DNA of 64,000 bases, taken from Candidatus Latescibacterota bacterium. GTDB taxonomy: Bacteria; Latescibacterota; UBA2968; UBA8231. Positions 30,535 to 41,088 of the stretch are shown one piece after another. The stretch's first letter is position 1, and each line of letters starts with the position of its first letter. The stretch is from the NCBI GenBank assembly GCA_965219385.1, contig CBDCNM010000002.1, forward strand, positions 2,226,936 through 2,290,935. Direction: 5' to 3'. The position numbers and the translations under genes were made by a program. Below the pieces are notes generated by a model, which worked only from the letters and a program-made list of their open reading frames with translations, was not told where the DNA came from and made no database searches.

Positions 30535-31299
30535 TTAGACACATCCTTCAAACTCGCTTCCTTGCAGCAAAAGGTAGTCGGGCTTGTCTTCGGGGGCGCC
30601 GGTCCAGCGCGACTGCGCGCTCATGTAGTGGGTGGCCAGACCGCGGCGGCGGTGCGGGGTGTTGTTGGGACCCGAGCGGTGCAGCAACAAACTGTGGTGG
30701 AAGGAACCTCCGCCCGCCGTCATGACGATCGGCTCTTCGACGCTGCGGTCGAACGCCGTTTCCGGCACGGTCATGTCCTGGCGCTTCCCTACCATCCACC
30801 CCTCGCTGTGGTCCAGCGCCCCTCCCTTGTGGCTGCCGGGCACCACCCACAAACACCCGTTTCCCAGGGTGACGTCGTCCATGGCCACCCAGGAACTCAC
30901 CAGGTTCATGGGCTCTATCTTGAAGTAGGGGGAATCCTGGTGGTAGGTCTTTTCCATGCCGCCAGGCGGCTTCAAAAACATCTGATCGCCAAAGAGCTTG
31001 AGATCCGGCCCGAGCAGACTCTCGGCCACGTCCAGAATGGCCGGATGGCGGGCGTGGGCCAGGAAGACCGGATTGTGCCGGGCGCACTGGTTCAGCTTGC
31101 GCAGGCGGTCAATGGGGGCCGTATGGCCGGTGGCGCCCGGCTCGTATTCGATGCTTTCTTCGGGATAAGGGGTGCGGCCCTCGGCAATGTCCGCCACCTC
31201 CTGCCGCAGAGTTTCAAATTCGTCCGCGCTCAGGAGATCCTCGATGACGATATACCCCTTCTCGTCAAATTGCGCTACCTGTTCCTGGCTGAGTTTCAT
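30535..31299 (-). CDS. PhyH family dioxygenase
   Basis: FDEKGY, FLKPPG, YHQD, NGCLWVVPGSH, HRSGPN. Confidence 0.9.
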   Translation of the reverse strand: MKLSQEQVAQFDEKGYIVIEDLLSADEFETLRQEVADIAEGRTPYPEESIEYEPGATGHTAPIDRLRKLNQCARHNPVFLAHARHPAILDVAESLLGPDLKLFGDQMFLKPPGGMEKTYHQDSPYFKIEPMNLVSSWVAMDDVTLGNGCLWVVPGSHKGGALDHSEGWMVGKRQDMTVPETAFDRSVEEPIVMTAGGGSFHHSLLLHRSGPNNTPHRRRGLATHYMSAQSRWTGAPEDKPDYLLLQGSEFEGCV

Positions 31300-31359
31300 G
31301 TCCTGTCCCTCTTGTTTGGTATGACTTATCTTATTATCAGATTATCAGAAAAAATAAAC

Positions 31360-31484
31360 CTTCCATGCCACCCACACAATCCCGAAGGAGCCCGGAGTGT
31401 ATGTCGGTACGCAGCATCGGCGAGCGCAAGAAGCTGTTCAACATCCACTTCCGCAACATCCGGGGCGACTTTCTCGAGGGATAA
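31360..31484 (+). pseudogene. Mannonate dehydratase (UxuA-like) remnant
   Basis: LPCHPHNP, then in another frame VRSIGERKKLFNIHFRNIRGDFLE. Confidence 0.45.
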
Positions 31485-31488
31485 CCTT

Positions 31489-33612
31489 ATGAACCTGGTC
31501 CAGTTTTTCGCCGATCTCCCGCCCGGCACCATCGCCAGCATCGCCGGCGTGGGCTACAGCGAGGGCATCCCCGCGGCCGCGGCGGACGCGGGCTGGCCCC
31601 TGGGGGTGGTGCGCCTACCCGACGGGGATCTGATCGCGTGCGACTACCACGCCCATCGCCTCTGGCGCATCGACCAGGAGGGGATCCTGCACACCTTTGC
31701 CGGCGACGGCGTCCCGGGCAACTCAGGCGACGGCGGCCCTGCGGCAAAAGCCCGCTTTTTCTGTCCCCACGATCTGAGCCGGGACAGGGAAGGCAACCTC
31801 TTCCTGTCCGATCTGTGCAACCACACCATTCGCCGCATCGACTACCAGACCGGGATCATCAACCGCGTGGCCGGCACCGGCCAGGTGGGCCGCGGCGGCG
31901 ACGGTGGGTTGGCCACCGAGTCCGAGCTGGACTGCACCTGCGGCGTAGCCGTGGACGACGAGGGCAATATCTACCTGTCCAGCGAGTGGATGAACACCAT
32001 CCGCCGCGTCGACGCCCGCACCGGCATCATCGAGACCGTCTTCGGTCAGATCGCCCGCCACTACCCTTCCGAGCGCGGCCAGAGCCGCCCCTTTGCCGGG
32101 CCCGGCCTGAGTCTGATGGGCTATCACGGCGACGGCGGGCCGGCTTCAGAGGCCGCCTTCTACCACCCCGAGCACCTGGCCTTCGACTCGAAAGGCGACC
32201 TCTACGTGTGCGACAACTCCAACGACCGCATCCGCAAGATCGACATGCGCACCGGGATCATCACCACGGTCCTGGGCAACGGCCAGCGCGCCTCCAACGG
32301 CGACGGCGGTCCGGCGGTAGAGGCCAGCACCCTGATGCCGGACGCCATCTGTCTGGACGTGCACGACAACCTCTACGTGGGCGAGAAGTACGGCTTCCGG
32401 GTGCGCAAGGTGGACGCCCGCAGCGGCATCGTCACCACCCTGGTCGGCAACGGGGTCCCCGGCTTTGGCGAGGAGGGTCTGCACGGATCGCAGACCACCT
32501 GCAACTCCTGCGAGGCCGGGATCTGGGCCGATCCGGACGGCACCGTGTACTGGGGGGACTGCTCGGGCCGCCTGCGGCGCTACGACGGGGGAACCGGGAT
32601 CGTCACCACCGCGCTGGGCGGCACCAGCGTCCACGACGGCGAGGCGGCCACGCAAGGTTTTCTCTGCGGCCCGGCGGGCCTCTCGAGCGGCCCCGACGGC
32701 CACATCTACTTCGCCGACAAGTGGAACCAGCGGGTGCGCGGCATAGACCCCGAGCGCGGCCTTATCCGCACGGTGGCGGGCAACGGGGCCCGGGCTTACG
32801 GCGGCGACAACCGACCCGCTCCCGAAGCCTACCTGGGCAACCCGCACGATGTGTCGGTGGACGCCCGGGGCCGGGTGGTCATCGCCGATACCCGGCACGG
32901 CCACGTGCGCCGGGTGGACGAGGACGGCGTCATCCGGGTGGTGGCCGGCACGGCCCAGCAATGGGACAAAGGCGACGGCGGGCCGGCCGTGGGCGCCTGT
33001 CTGGTCCACGTGCTGTGCGTGGCCCACGGCCCCGGGGGCGATATCTACCTGGGCGACGGCGGGGTCGGGCGCATCCGCCGCATTGACGCCCGCAGCGGGA
33101 TCATCACCACCGTGGCCGGCACGGGTTTGCCGGGCTGCGACGGCGACAACGGCCCGGCTACCCGGGCCCGCATCGGCTCCCCCACGGCCATTTGCTTCGA
33201 CGCCGGGGGCACCCTCTACTTTGCCGATCAGGCCTTCCACGTGATCCGCAAGGTGGACCCGCGCGGCGTCATCACCACCCTCGCCGGTTGCGGCGAGGCC
33301 GGGTACTCGCCGGACGGCACTCCGGCCCTGAAGGCGCGCCTCAACCAGCCCACGGGTCTGGCCGTTTCCAGGAGCGGGCGAATCTACTTCTCGGATACCT
33401 GCAACAACCGGGTGCGTTACATTGCCCCGGACGGCACCCTGAAGACGGTGGCCGGCAGCGCCGAAGCAGGGGATGCCGGCGACAACGGGCCGGCCATTCG
33501 GGCGCGCTTGAACCATCCCTACGGTCTGTGCTTTTACGGGGAGGATATCCTGCTGATCAGCGACCACTTCAACAACCGCATCAAGGCGGTCAAACTTGTG
33601 GATCCCTGGTAA
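31489..33612 (+). CDS. NHL-repeat beta-propeller protein
   Basis: About 12 repeats of the type ITTVAGxG...GDGGPA...P..LA.D..G.LY..D..N.RIR. Confidence 0.9.
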   Translation: MNLVQFFADLPPGTIASIAGVGYSEGIPAAAADAGWPLGVVRLPDGDLIACDYHAHRLWRIDQEGILHTFAGDGVPGNSGDGGPAAKARFFCPHDLSRDREGNLFLSDLCNHTIRRIDYQTGIINRVAGTGQVGRGGDGGLATESELDCTCGVAVDDEGNIYLSSEWMNTIRRVDARTGIIETVFGQIARHYPSERGQSRPFAGPGLSLMGYHGDGGPASEAAFYHPEHLAFDSKGDLYVCDNSNDRIRKIDMRTGIITTVLGNGQRASNGDGGPAVEASTLMPDAICLDVHDNLYVGEKYGFRVRKVDARSGIVTTLVGNGVPGFGEEGLHGSQTTCNSCEAGIWADPDGTVYWGDCSGRLRRYDGGTGIVTTALGGTSVHDGEAATQGFLCGPAGLSSGPDGHIYFADKWNQRVRGIDPERGLIRTVAGNGARAYGGDNRPAPEAYLGNPHDVSVDARGRVVIADTRHGHVRRVDEDGVIRVVAGTAQQWDKGDGGPAVGACLVHVLCVAHGPGGDIYLGDGGVGRIRRIDARSGIITTVAGTGLPGCDGDNGPATRARIGSPTAICFDAGGTLYFADQAFHVIRKVDPRGVITTLAGCGEAGYSPDGTPALKARLNQPTGLAVSRSGRIYFSDTCNNRVRYIAPDGTLKTVAGSAEAGDAGDNGPAIRARLNHPYGLCFYGEDILLISDHFNNRIKAVKLVDPW

Positions 33613-33642
33613 GAGTCGAACAACTGAACAGGACAACACACC

Positions 33643-34767
33643 ATGACCGTATCCAAATGGCAGGAAGTATCCGAGCCGCTGCAGGTCGAACACGACGACG
33701 TGGTGATCGGCGCCGGCATTGTCGGCTCGTACGCGGCCACCCTGCTGCGTCAGCGGGACCGCGACGTGGCTCTGGTGGACGCCCGCTTCCCGGCCGCCGG
33801 GGCCTCGGGCCGCAACGCCGGCTTTGTGCTGACCTCGCAGCGCGAGACCTACCCGACCCTCATCGCCCAGGTGGGCCACCCGGCTGCCCGCGAAATCCTG
33901 GAGATGGTGCGCGCCAACGTCGCCCGCATGCGCGCCCTGGCCGCTCAGTACGAGGTACCCTGCGAAGAAGGCGCCGTCCACCTGGCCGAGACCCGGGCCG
34001 ACGCCCGCGACCTGGAGGAGTGGGCCCGGGCGCTCGAATCCGACGGGGTTCCGGTCGCGTTCATGCAGAGGGACCCCTACGGCGCCGGGTACGCGGCGGC
34101 GCTGCAGGTGGACGGCGATTTCATGGTGCAGCCGGCGCGCCTCACCGAGGCGATTGCCGCCTCTTCCGGGGCCGCGCTTTACGACCACAACGAGGTCTAC
34201 GCCCTCGAAAAGGAGGGTCAGGGTCTGCTGGTGCGCGGGCGCCGCGCCCATATCCGCTGCCGCAAGGTCTACATCGCCACCAATGGGTACGGCTGTGATC
34301 TGCACCCGTACCTGGGCGCAATCGTGCGCCCGGTGCGCGGCCAGATCCTCGTGACCACCCCGGTGGAACCCCTGATCCAGGTTGCCGGCATCACCGAGTA
34401 CGACTATTTTCGCCAGCTTGAGGACGGGCGTTTGATGATCGGCGGCGCGCGGGCCTTTTTCGAGGAGCAGGAGTACACCGCCGAGGATGCGGTCACCCCG
34501 AACCTGCTGGCGCACCTGGAGGGGTATTTGCGCCACTGGTTTCCGGGCGTCTCCTTCGCGGTCGAACACTACTGGGCCGGCATCCACGGCTTCACCCCGG
34601 ACCGCCGGGTGGCCGTCGGCGTCCTTCCGGAGCTGCCAGAGGCGGTCTTCGCCCTGGGCTTCAGCGGCTACGGCAACTCCATCGGCCTGCTGGCCGCCGA
34701 GCGCATGGTGGAGCTGGCCCTGGACCAACGCGACCCCGGGCCCCTCTCCGCGGCGCGCTTTGCTTAG
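33643..34767 (+). CDS. FAD-dependent oxidoreductase (DAO family)
   Basis: VIGAGIVG, GASGRNAG, PVRGQ, WAG, GFSGYG. Confidence 0.88.
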   Translation: MTVSKWQEVSEPLQVEHDDVVIGAGIVGSYAATLLRQRDRDVALVDARFPAAGASGRNAGFVLTSQRETYPTLIAQVGHPAAREILEMVRANVARMRALAAQYEVPCEEGAVHLAETRADARDLEEWARALESDGVPVAFMQRDPYGAGYAAALQVDGDFMVQPARLTEAIAASSGAALYDHNEVYALEKEGQGLLVRGRRAHIRCRKVYIATNGYGCDLHPYLGAIVRPVRGQILVTTPVEPLIQVAGITEYDYFRQLEDGRLMIGGARAFFEEQEYTAEDAVTPNLLAHLEGYLRHWFPGVSFAVEHYWAGIHGFTPDRRVAVGVLPELPEAVFALGFSGYGNSIGLLAAERMVELALDQRDPGPLSAARFA

Positions 34768-34843
34768 GATTGCCGGGGTCGAGTGTCCCGTCGTGGTTCA
34801 TGCTTTTGCCTCGTCAGGGGTACTGTGTTGGATGCGCTGCGCC

Positions 34844-36105
34844 TCACTCTGGCCGGGCGCCGGCAGAGGCGCGCCCGCTCAGACAGAGCGGCACCACCAG
34901 CACCAGCAGCACCGACGAGGACACCAGCCCGCCCGCCGTGCCCAAGGCCAGGGTGTACCAGATATCGGCCCGATCGCCCTGCAGCAACAAGGGCAGGAAG
35001 CCCGCGACCGTGGTGATGGTGGTGATGAAGATCGGCCGCAGCCGCTGAAAGGCAGCCCGGACGACCGCCTCCCCCGGGGACGAGGACTGGGCCTTTAACG
35101 CGTTGGAAATATGGTGGACCAGCAGGATGGAATTGTTCACGGAGATGCCCATCAACAGCAGCAAGGCCGCATAGCCGCCCTGGTTGAAGGGGGCGCCGGA
35201 CAGGAAGAACGCGGCGCCCACCCCGATGAGGGCCAGGGGCAGGGCGATCAACACCAGCAGTGGTCGGGTCCAGGATTCAAATAGAGCCGCCGTGATCATC
35301 CAGACCAGCAGAACCGCGAGCAGCACGATAAAGGCCAGCTCCTTTTCTTCCTTTTCACTAAAGACCGCCATCATGTAGCCCCTCGACAAGCTGTACCCGT
35401 ACGGTATGGGCGTGTGGTCCATTATATCCTGAACCACCCCTTCCGAGTAGGTGAAATCCCCTAAGACCGTAAACCCGACCTCTCTGAGGTAGCGCTGGTT
35501 TTTCCGCTTTATTTCAGGCCGCACGTACTGCTTCTGTAGACGGCTGACGTGGCCGACGCGGGCGGAGTGTCCCTCCAGCAAGACCCCAGCGCCGGACCAG
35601 GGCGTGATCCACCTCGATGAGGACGCCCTCCTCTCCACCGCCCCGCACCGTGATCTCTTTGACTCCTGGCACCGATAGCAAGGGGAGCCGCACCTCGTCG
35701 TCCACCAGCTTGCGGAGAGAGGAGGGCTCCTCGCGGCCGAGAACCTGGAAAAGGATGAAGCCCTGCATAGCGCGCAGCAGATCGGGCTCGTAGCGCCGCA
35801 CCACCGGCCAGGAGACCCCTGGGGGTATTTCCCGGCGGAACGAAAAGAGCTTCTCGTTGAGTTCCAGCTCCGCCAGCTGCAAATCGGCCTTGCGGGCGAA
35901 TTCAGCGGTGATATGGGCGCTCCCTTCCGAGGTGGTGGAGCGCAATAGAACCACGTCCCTCATCCCTTGCATGAGCGATTCTAAAGGCGCTGTGAGCCTG
36001 GATTCGATAGTAATCGCAGAGGCCCCCGGCCAGGAAAGGCTCACCGTGAGCCGGGGCGCATCCATCTCTTCGTCAAGATCAATAGGTATGAGGGGAAAAT
36101 AGATA
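34844..36105 (-). pseudogene. RND (AcrB/CzcA-like) transporter pseudogene: 5'-truncated, with a large internal deletion
   Basis: N-part PRLTVSLSWPGAS...TAPLE...SEG and C-part ALFESW..P, GISVNNSILLV, RLRPIFITT are joined out of frame near 35575. About 420 codons remain of a family that is normally about 1000 aa. Confidence 0.8.
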
Positions 36106-36107
36106 AT

Positions 36108-36929
36108 CTGGAGATCAACGTAAAAGAAGGCCATACGCGTTTCTTCAATCTGAAAGTGGTAGAATTGGACACAACATACCCGGGTAAATTCCTGCTTATC
36201 GTCGAGGATAAAACGAAGCAAAAATTGCTGGAAATGCGCTATATACAGACCGAAAAATTGTCTACCTTGGGCGAGATGGCTACAGGAGTGGCGCACGAGA
36301 TTAAGAATCCACTGGCCATTATTCAGAATGCTTTTGATTTGTTGGTGCGGTTGAAGCCAGACGAGAAAGAAGAGCGGGAAAGGATGTTCGAAGCGCTAAA
36401 GGGGGCCATACGCCGCATCAATGAGCAAATAGGAAGATTACTAGATTTTTCGCGTCCGGCTCAGCAGATGGAAGAGCTTGTGGATGTAGTGACCGTATTG
36501 CGGCAATTGCTGGATTTAGAACGCAGCCACGCCGAACATAGGGGCATCCTCATCGTAGAGGATCTGCAGGAACCCTTACTGGTCCATATAAACCGCGATC
36601 TGCTCAAAGACATTTTCTTGAACCTGATCGGCAACGCCTTTGGGGCCATGCCCGAAGGTGGGACCCTGCATATTGAAGCCGAAAGCCACACAGATCAGGT
36701 CGTAGTACGGGTGCGCGATACAGGAGTGGGTATTCCTCAAGAACACATCAACGACATTTTTAAGCCATTTTACTCGACAAAATCACCGGGACAAGGCACA
36801 GGCTTAGGATTGTCCATTGTGCATCGTCTGCTCTGGGATGTGGGTGGACATATAGAGGTTGAAAGCCAGGTAGGCAAGGGAACCTGCTTCTCGGTATATC
36901 TTCCTGTTATAGATGGAGAAGAGGAATAG
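36108..36929 (+). pseudogene. 5'-truncated sensor histidine kinase (HisKA + HATPase)
   Basis: GVAHEIKNPL, NLIGNA, DTGVGI, FKPFYSTK, GTGLGL. Begins in a PAS-tail-like segment directly at the RND junction. Confidence 0.75.
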
Positions 36930-36930
36930 T

Positions 36931-38364
36931 ATGAGCAGACGCAGCGGCAGGATACTCATGGTAGATGACGAGGTGGATTTGCTCGAACTATCCAGCAGTA
37001 TTCTGAGACGAGAAGGCCATACTGTCAATACGGTGGAAAATGCCAAGAAAGCGCTTGCCCTCTTGGAGAAAGAGGATTTCAATATCATTTTGCTCGATCT
37101 GAAGATGCCGGGTATGAGCGGACTTGAGTTTCTTGAAGTCTTCAAAAAACACACGCGCAAGGAGGAAGTTGTTGTGTTGACGGCCTACGCCGATGTCGAC
37201 AGCGCGGTCCAGGCCGTAAAATTGGGTGCCTATACCTATCTATCCAAGCCATTTGATGCCGATGCAATTCTGGTGCAAATCGACAAAATCCTGGAACTAC
37301 AAGAATTGCGCCTGGAGAATATCAGCCTGCGAAGACAGCGGGGAAGAACAGCAGGTGAGTTGGTAGGTCAAAATGAAAAAATGAGGGAAATATATCAATT
37401 GATAGAAGATATAGCGCCGACGCCGGTGGCGGTGTTGATCCGAGGTGAGAGTGGAACAGGTAAAGAACTGGTCGCGCAAGCTATCCACGATGCCAGCGAT
37501 CGCGCCGATAAACCCTTTGTCCGCTGTAATTGTGCTGCTCTAGGCCCAGGGGTGCTGGAAAGTGAATTGTTTGGACATGTAAAAGGAGCGTTTACCGGAG
37601 CAGTACGGGATCGCAGAGGACGGTTCCAGGAGGCAGATGGCGGCACCTTATTCCTGGATGAAATCGGCGATCTCGGCATAGCTGTGCAGATCCATTTCTT
37701 GCGCGTTTTGCAGGAAGGAGAATTCGAGCCTGTAGGTTCGACGGAGACGCAGAAAGTAGATGTGCGCCTCATCACGGCCACGCATAAAGATCTCGAAAGG
37801 GAGATGCGGGAAGGAAGGTTCCGCGAAGATCTATTTTACCGCATCAATACGATGACTATAGAGATGCCAGCTCTAAAAGAGCGCAAGAGCGATATACCGT
37901 TGCTATGCATGCATCTCATTGAACAACACAATGTGACGTTGGACAAGCAGATCCAGGGTATAAGTGTTGCGGCTCTGCAGTGTCTGGAAAGTTACAGCTG
38001 GCCCGGCAATATACGCGAAATGGAGAACGTGCTCATGCGGGCTATGGCTTTGGCAAAGGGCGACGAAATCGATGTAGAACACCTACCCATTGCTGCGATA
38101 CAAAGCGTGTCCGAACAGCCTGTAGGGCAACAGGCGCCACAACAAACTTGCGGTCGAACGGATTTAGTGTATGAGATATCAGAGGATTTGTTTCATGCAG
38201 CCCGCAAGCATTTTGAGAAAATTTTCATAACACGGGCGCTGCAAAAGACACGAGGTAATATTAGCCGGGCTGCAGAGATGATCCAGCTGGGGCGACGCAA
38301 TTTGCAGAGAAAAATTAAAGAGTATCAAATTGATGTGCGTCATTTTGAGGAAAATGGCATATGA
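36931..38364 (+). CDS. Sigma54-dependent response regulator (NtrC/AtoC family)
   Basis: Receiver domain VDDE...LDLKMP, GESGTGKE, GAFTGA, LDEIGD, WPGNIRE and a Fis-type HTH. Confidence 0.93.
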   Translation: MSRRSGRILMVDDEVDLLELSSSILRREGHTVNTVENAKKALALLEKEDFNIILLDLKMPGMSGLEFLEVFKKHTRKEEVVVLTAYADVDSAVQAVKLGAYTYLSKPFDADAILVQIDKILELQELRLENISLRRQRGRTAGELVGQNEKMREIYQLIEDIAPTPVAVLIRGESGTGKELVAQAIHDASDRADKPFVRCNCAALGPGVLESELFGHVKGAFTGAVRDRRGRFQEADGGTLFLDEIGDLGIAVQIHFLRVLQEGEFEPVGSTETQKVDVRLITATHKDLEREMREGRFREDLFYRINTMTIEMPALKERKSDIPLLCMHLIEQHNVTLDKQIQGISVAALQCLESYSWPGNIREMENVLMRAMALAKGDEIDVEHLPIAAIQSVSEQPVGQQAPQQTCGRTDLVYEISEDLFHAARKHFEKIFITRALQKTRGNISRAAEMIQLGRRNLQRKIKEYQIDVRHFEENGI

Positions 38365-38767
38365 GGCGTGAGAATTTCGCACGAGTTTTATTCCTTGCGC
38401 TTCCGGGCTTACCATGAGGCCATGGACACCCAAAGGCTTGTTGAGTTGGGTGATCCCACCAGATGTCAAGCAACACTCGAAAGGGTGACTACCGAAATAT
38501 CATTGTTTCCCCAAGGTGACATTCGCGTGAAGGAAAGGTAACAGGGCCTGGACAGGGCAGTGCCGGGACTTAGGGCGTATCGAATGATTTTTCCTTGATG
38601 CCTCAATGTCTTTTTGTCGCTTTTCGCCGGGCAAAAAGCCTCTGTTAATTTCTTCATCAGGCTATAAAATAGGGGATTATGCGCATATCCTGGTCCGGGT
38701 GGAAATTCCATGATAGCGCTCGATTCTCTGGACTACAGGCAAATTCGATATTTTTCATTTGTATCGC

Positions 38768-38782
38768 TGGCACAGGATTTGT
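38768..38782 (+). promoter_or_regulatory. Putative sigma54 (-24/-12) promoter
   Basis: TGGCACAGGATTTGT against consensus TGGCAC-N5-TTGC; the -12 C is replaced by T. Confidence 0.5.
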
Positions 38783-38795
38783 TACTATACCGAAC

Positions 38796-39830
38796 ATGAA
38801 AAAAATACTACCTATCCAGGAGCCGCTCATAAGTGGATATTTTTTTTACATGTATCCTCTTTCGATTCTTGCAACCCATGAAGATTATCTGCCCTGGTTC
38901 TATAGTAATTACATCCAACTCTATCATTGGCAAGGCGGGGAGATCAAGTTTTATGTACACCCCTTCACCTACAGCCCACATATGAGGGATGCGTACTTTT
39001 CAACCTGCCCCTGGCTCGATACCCAGGTACTCGATCAACAAATAGTAACCAGGATGCACCAGGATATAGCGCCCTTCATTTTAGATTGTATAGATCGAGA
39101 TTGCTATGTTCAACTCGATGTCGATTACTTTTATATACCGGATAGAGCAGAATACCACAACCGCCATTTTCTCCATGAAGTACTTATCTCCGGATATGAT
39201 ACCCAGGAGGAAATATTCGAGATCACGGGTTTCAATCAAAGGGGAAGTTATGCTACTTCACCAATCAAGTTTACCGAGCTCGAGCAAGCCCTTTCAACCC
39301 CCCCAGAGCGATTTATGGACAATATGGCGGATCGGCCCAAGGCCATTTTGTACAAGTACATGGAAGGAGAAAGATACGATTTTGACCTCGAACCGGTTAT
39401 TGAGCAATTAAAGGACTATTTATACTCAAAAGATACATCCGCGAGATTTAGAATGCTGGCCAATCCAATAGATGTGCCGGTAATGTGGGGCATGAAGGTT
39501 TATGAGTATTTGATCAAATCGTGCGAAAGTCTAATCAATTCCCCTAACGCTGTCGATTTTCCCGTCATCCCTCTACGCATTGTGTGGGAACACAAAAAAA
39601 GTATGTTGGCTAGAATTAGATACATGGAGGATTGCGGATACCTCAAGCCCTCCCATCCGTTCTCCAAAAATTATGCAGTGGTTGAAAAAGAGGTGAACAG
39701 CATGCGATTGATCATGCTCCGGTGGATGAGCACCCGGCGAGCATCGTCCCTAAAAAAAATAGTAGAAATGCTGCGAGAAACCGCGGAAGCTGAATATCAG
39801 GTGTTGGAAAGCATGGTCGATACGCTCTAG
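38796..39830 (+). CDS. Hypothetical protein with a BtrH_N-like (papain-like) segment
   Basis: PWFYSNYIQL and VDYFYIP...HFLHEVLISGYD pattern. Confidence 0.5.
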   Translation: MKKILPIQEPLISGYFFYMYPLSILATHEDYLPWFYSNYIQLYHWQGGEIKFYVHPFTYSPHMRDAYFSTCPWLDTQVLDQQIVTRMHQDIAPFILDCIDRDCYVQLDVDYFYIPDRAEYHNRHFLHEVLISGYDTQEEIFEITGFNQRGSYATSPIKFTELEQALSTPPERFMDNMADRPKAILYKYMEGERYDFDLEPVIEQLKDYLYSKDTSARFRMLANPIDVPVMWGMKVYEYLIKSCESLINSPNAVDFPVIPLRIVWEHKKSMLARIRYMEDCGYLKPSHPFSKNYAVVEKEVNSMRLIMLRWMSTRRASSLKKIVEMLRETAEAEYQVLESMVDTL

Positions 39831-39864
39831 TTTCCCTGCCGGCTTGGAAAGGAGGTTGGCACCG

Positions 39865-41070
39865 TTGAAAATCGGGATTATAACGCATGGATTCTGGCCT
39901 CAAGTAGGCGGATTGGAACGACAGGTATTCGACTGCTCGTCAGGTTTCGCCCGGAAAGGCCATAAAGTAAAGGTACTATCTATATCCGGTGAGAAAAGTC
40001 GACGATCAGAACGAGAGACGCTGACGATCGAAGGGGCGCAGAGCATTGAGGTTTTCAGGTTTAAAGTCTCTGCTTGCAGACGGGTTGATGATGATTGGCT
40101 CACCTTTCCGACAGACTTCTATAAACAGTCCGCTCCATGGTGGGGCCCATTGTTACAGGATGTAGATGTGTTGTGTAGCTTTGGAGCGGTTCCTGCCATC
40201 GCCGGAGGAATGATTAAGAAAGTAAACCAAACGCCTCTGGTCGCTGTCCTGCCGGGTATACCAGAGCAACCGAGTGATAGTTTCGTAGAAGTACAGCAAT
40301 CCGGAGCGGACCGGTTTGTCGCTGTTTCAAGGTTTATGCGCGCTAGAGCCAAGAAGCTTTTCAATATGGATATGGTGAATATATACAATGGTATAGACAC
40401 GGATTTTTTTAAACCTACCCGCGGTAAACTGGAATACCCCTTTCTCCAAAGTTTATCCGGCGAATTGATAACCAGTCCCGTTCGTCTCGATCCCAGCAAA
40501 GGTTTACCTATCCTTATCGACGCCTTTGAAATGGTGCATGCTTCCCATCCGGATGCCCAGCTGCTGATCACGGGGAATGGCAGCATTTTCCATGAATTAG
40601 GATCCACTAATTCGTATTACGAGTACCTCGTGAATATCGTTAAGAGCAAGGATTTAACACAGCATGTCATTTTTGCCAAAGGAGGAATCGGCGCGCAAGA
40701 CATGCCGGCGCTCTACAGCAGGTCTTCGGTCTGCGTAATGACCAGTCTCAGTGAAGGTTTTGGGTTGGGCATTGCAGAAGCAATGGCCTGTGGCTCGCCC
40801 GTAGTGGCCACTCGGACAGAAGGTTTGCAAGAGGTCTTCAAAGACGGTAAGGGCGGATACTACGCCGCTAGCGGTTCTGCTGAGCAGGTAGCAGAAAAGA
40901 TTATGAGACTGCTTGCGGATCCTGAATTGAGCAAGGGTATGGGCGCTCAAGCTAGGACGCATATCATTGATACATTTCCTCTCAGGACACAAACCGATAG
41001 GTATATCGAAATCTTCAATGCGCTGCGAGGGGCATCAAGGCATGGTGAAGATTGTTTTTTTAAACAGTAA
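39865..41070 (+). CDS. Glycosyltransferase family 4
   Basis: PQVGGLE, IYNGID, KG, SEGFGLGIAEAMACG. GGAGG RBS before TTG. Confidence 0.9.
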   Translation: MKIGIITHGFWPQVGGLERQVFDCSSGFARKGHKVKVLSISGEKSRRSERETLTIEGAQSIEVFRFKVSACRRVDDDWLTFPTDFYKQSAPWWGPLLQDVDVLCSFGAVPAIAGGMIKKVNQTPLVAVLPGIPEQPSDSFVEVQQSGADRFVAVSRFMRARAKKLFNMDMVNIYNGIDTDFFKPTRGKLEYPFLQSLSGELITSPVRLDPSKGLPILIDAFEMVHASHPDAQLLITGNGSIFHELGSTNSYYEYLVNIVKSKDLTQHVIFAKGGIGAQDMPALYSRSSVCVMTSLSEGFGLGIAEAMACGSPVVATRTEGLQEVFKDGKGGYYAASGSAEQVAEKIMRLLADPELSKGMGAQARTHIIDTFPLRTQTDRYIEIFNALRGASRHGEDCFFKQ

Positions 41071-41088
41071 GTGATGGGATTGATAAAC

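Noticed and set aside
31489..33612. CRISPR or tandem DNA repeat
   Set aside because: The recurrent GGCGACGGCGG motifs are coding NHL repeats, not repeat-spacer units.
18498..34728. Long antisense or extended ORFs (18498-21275, 32146-34728, and the 5' extensions of 26373-29177 and 30304-33612)
   Set aside because: Shadow frames of high-GC genes with clear motifs on the opposite strand.
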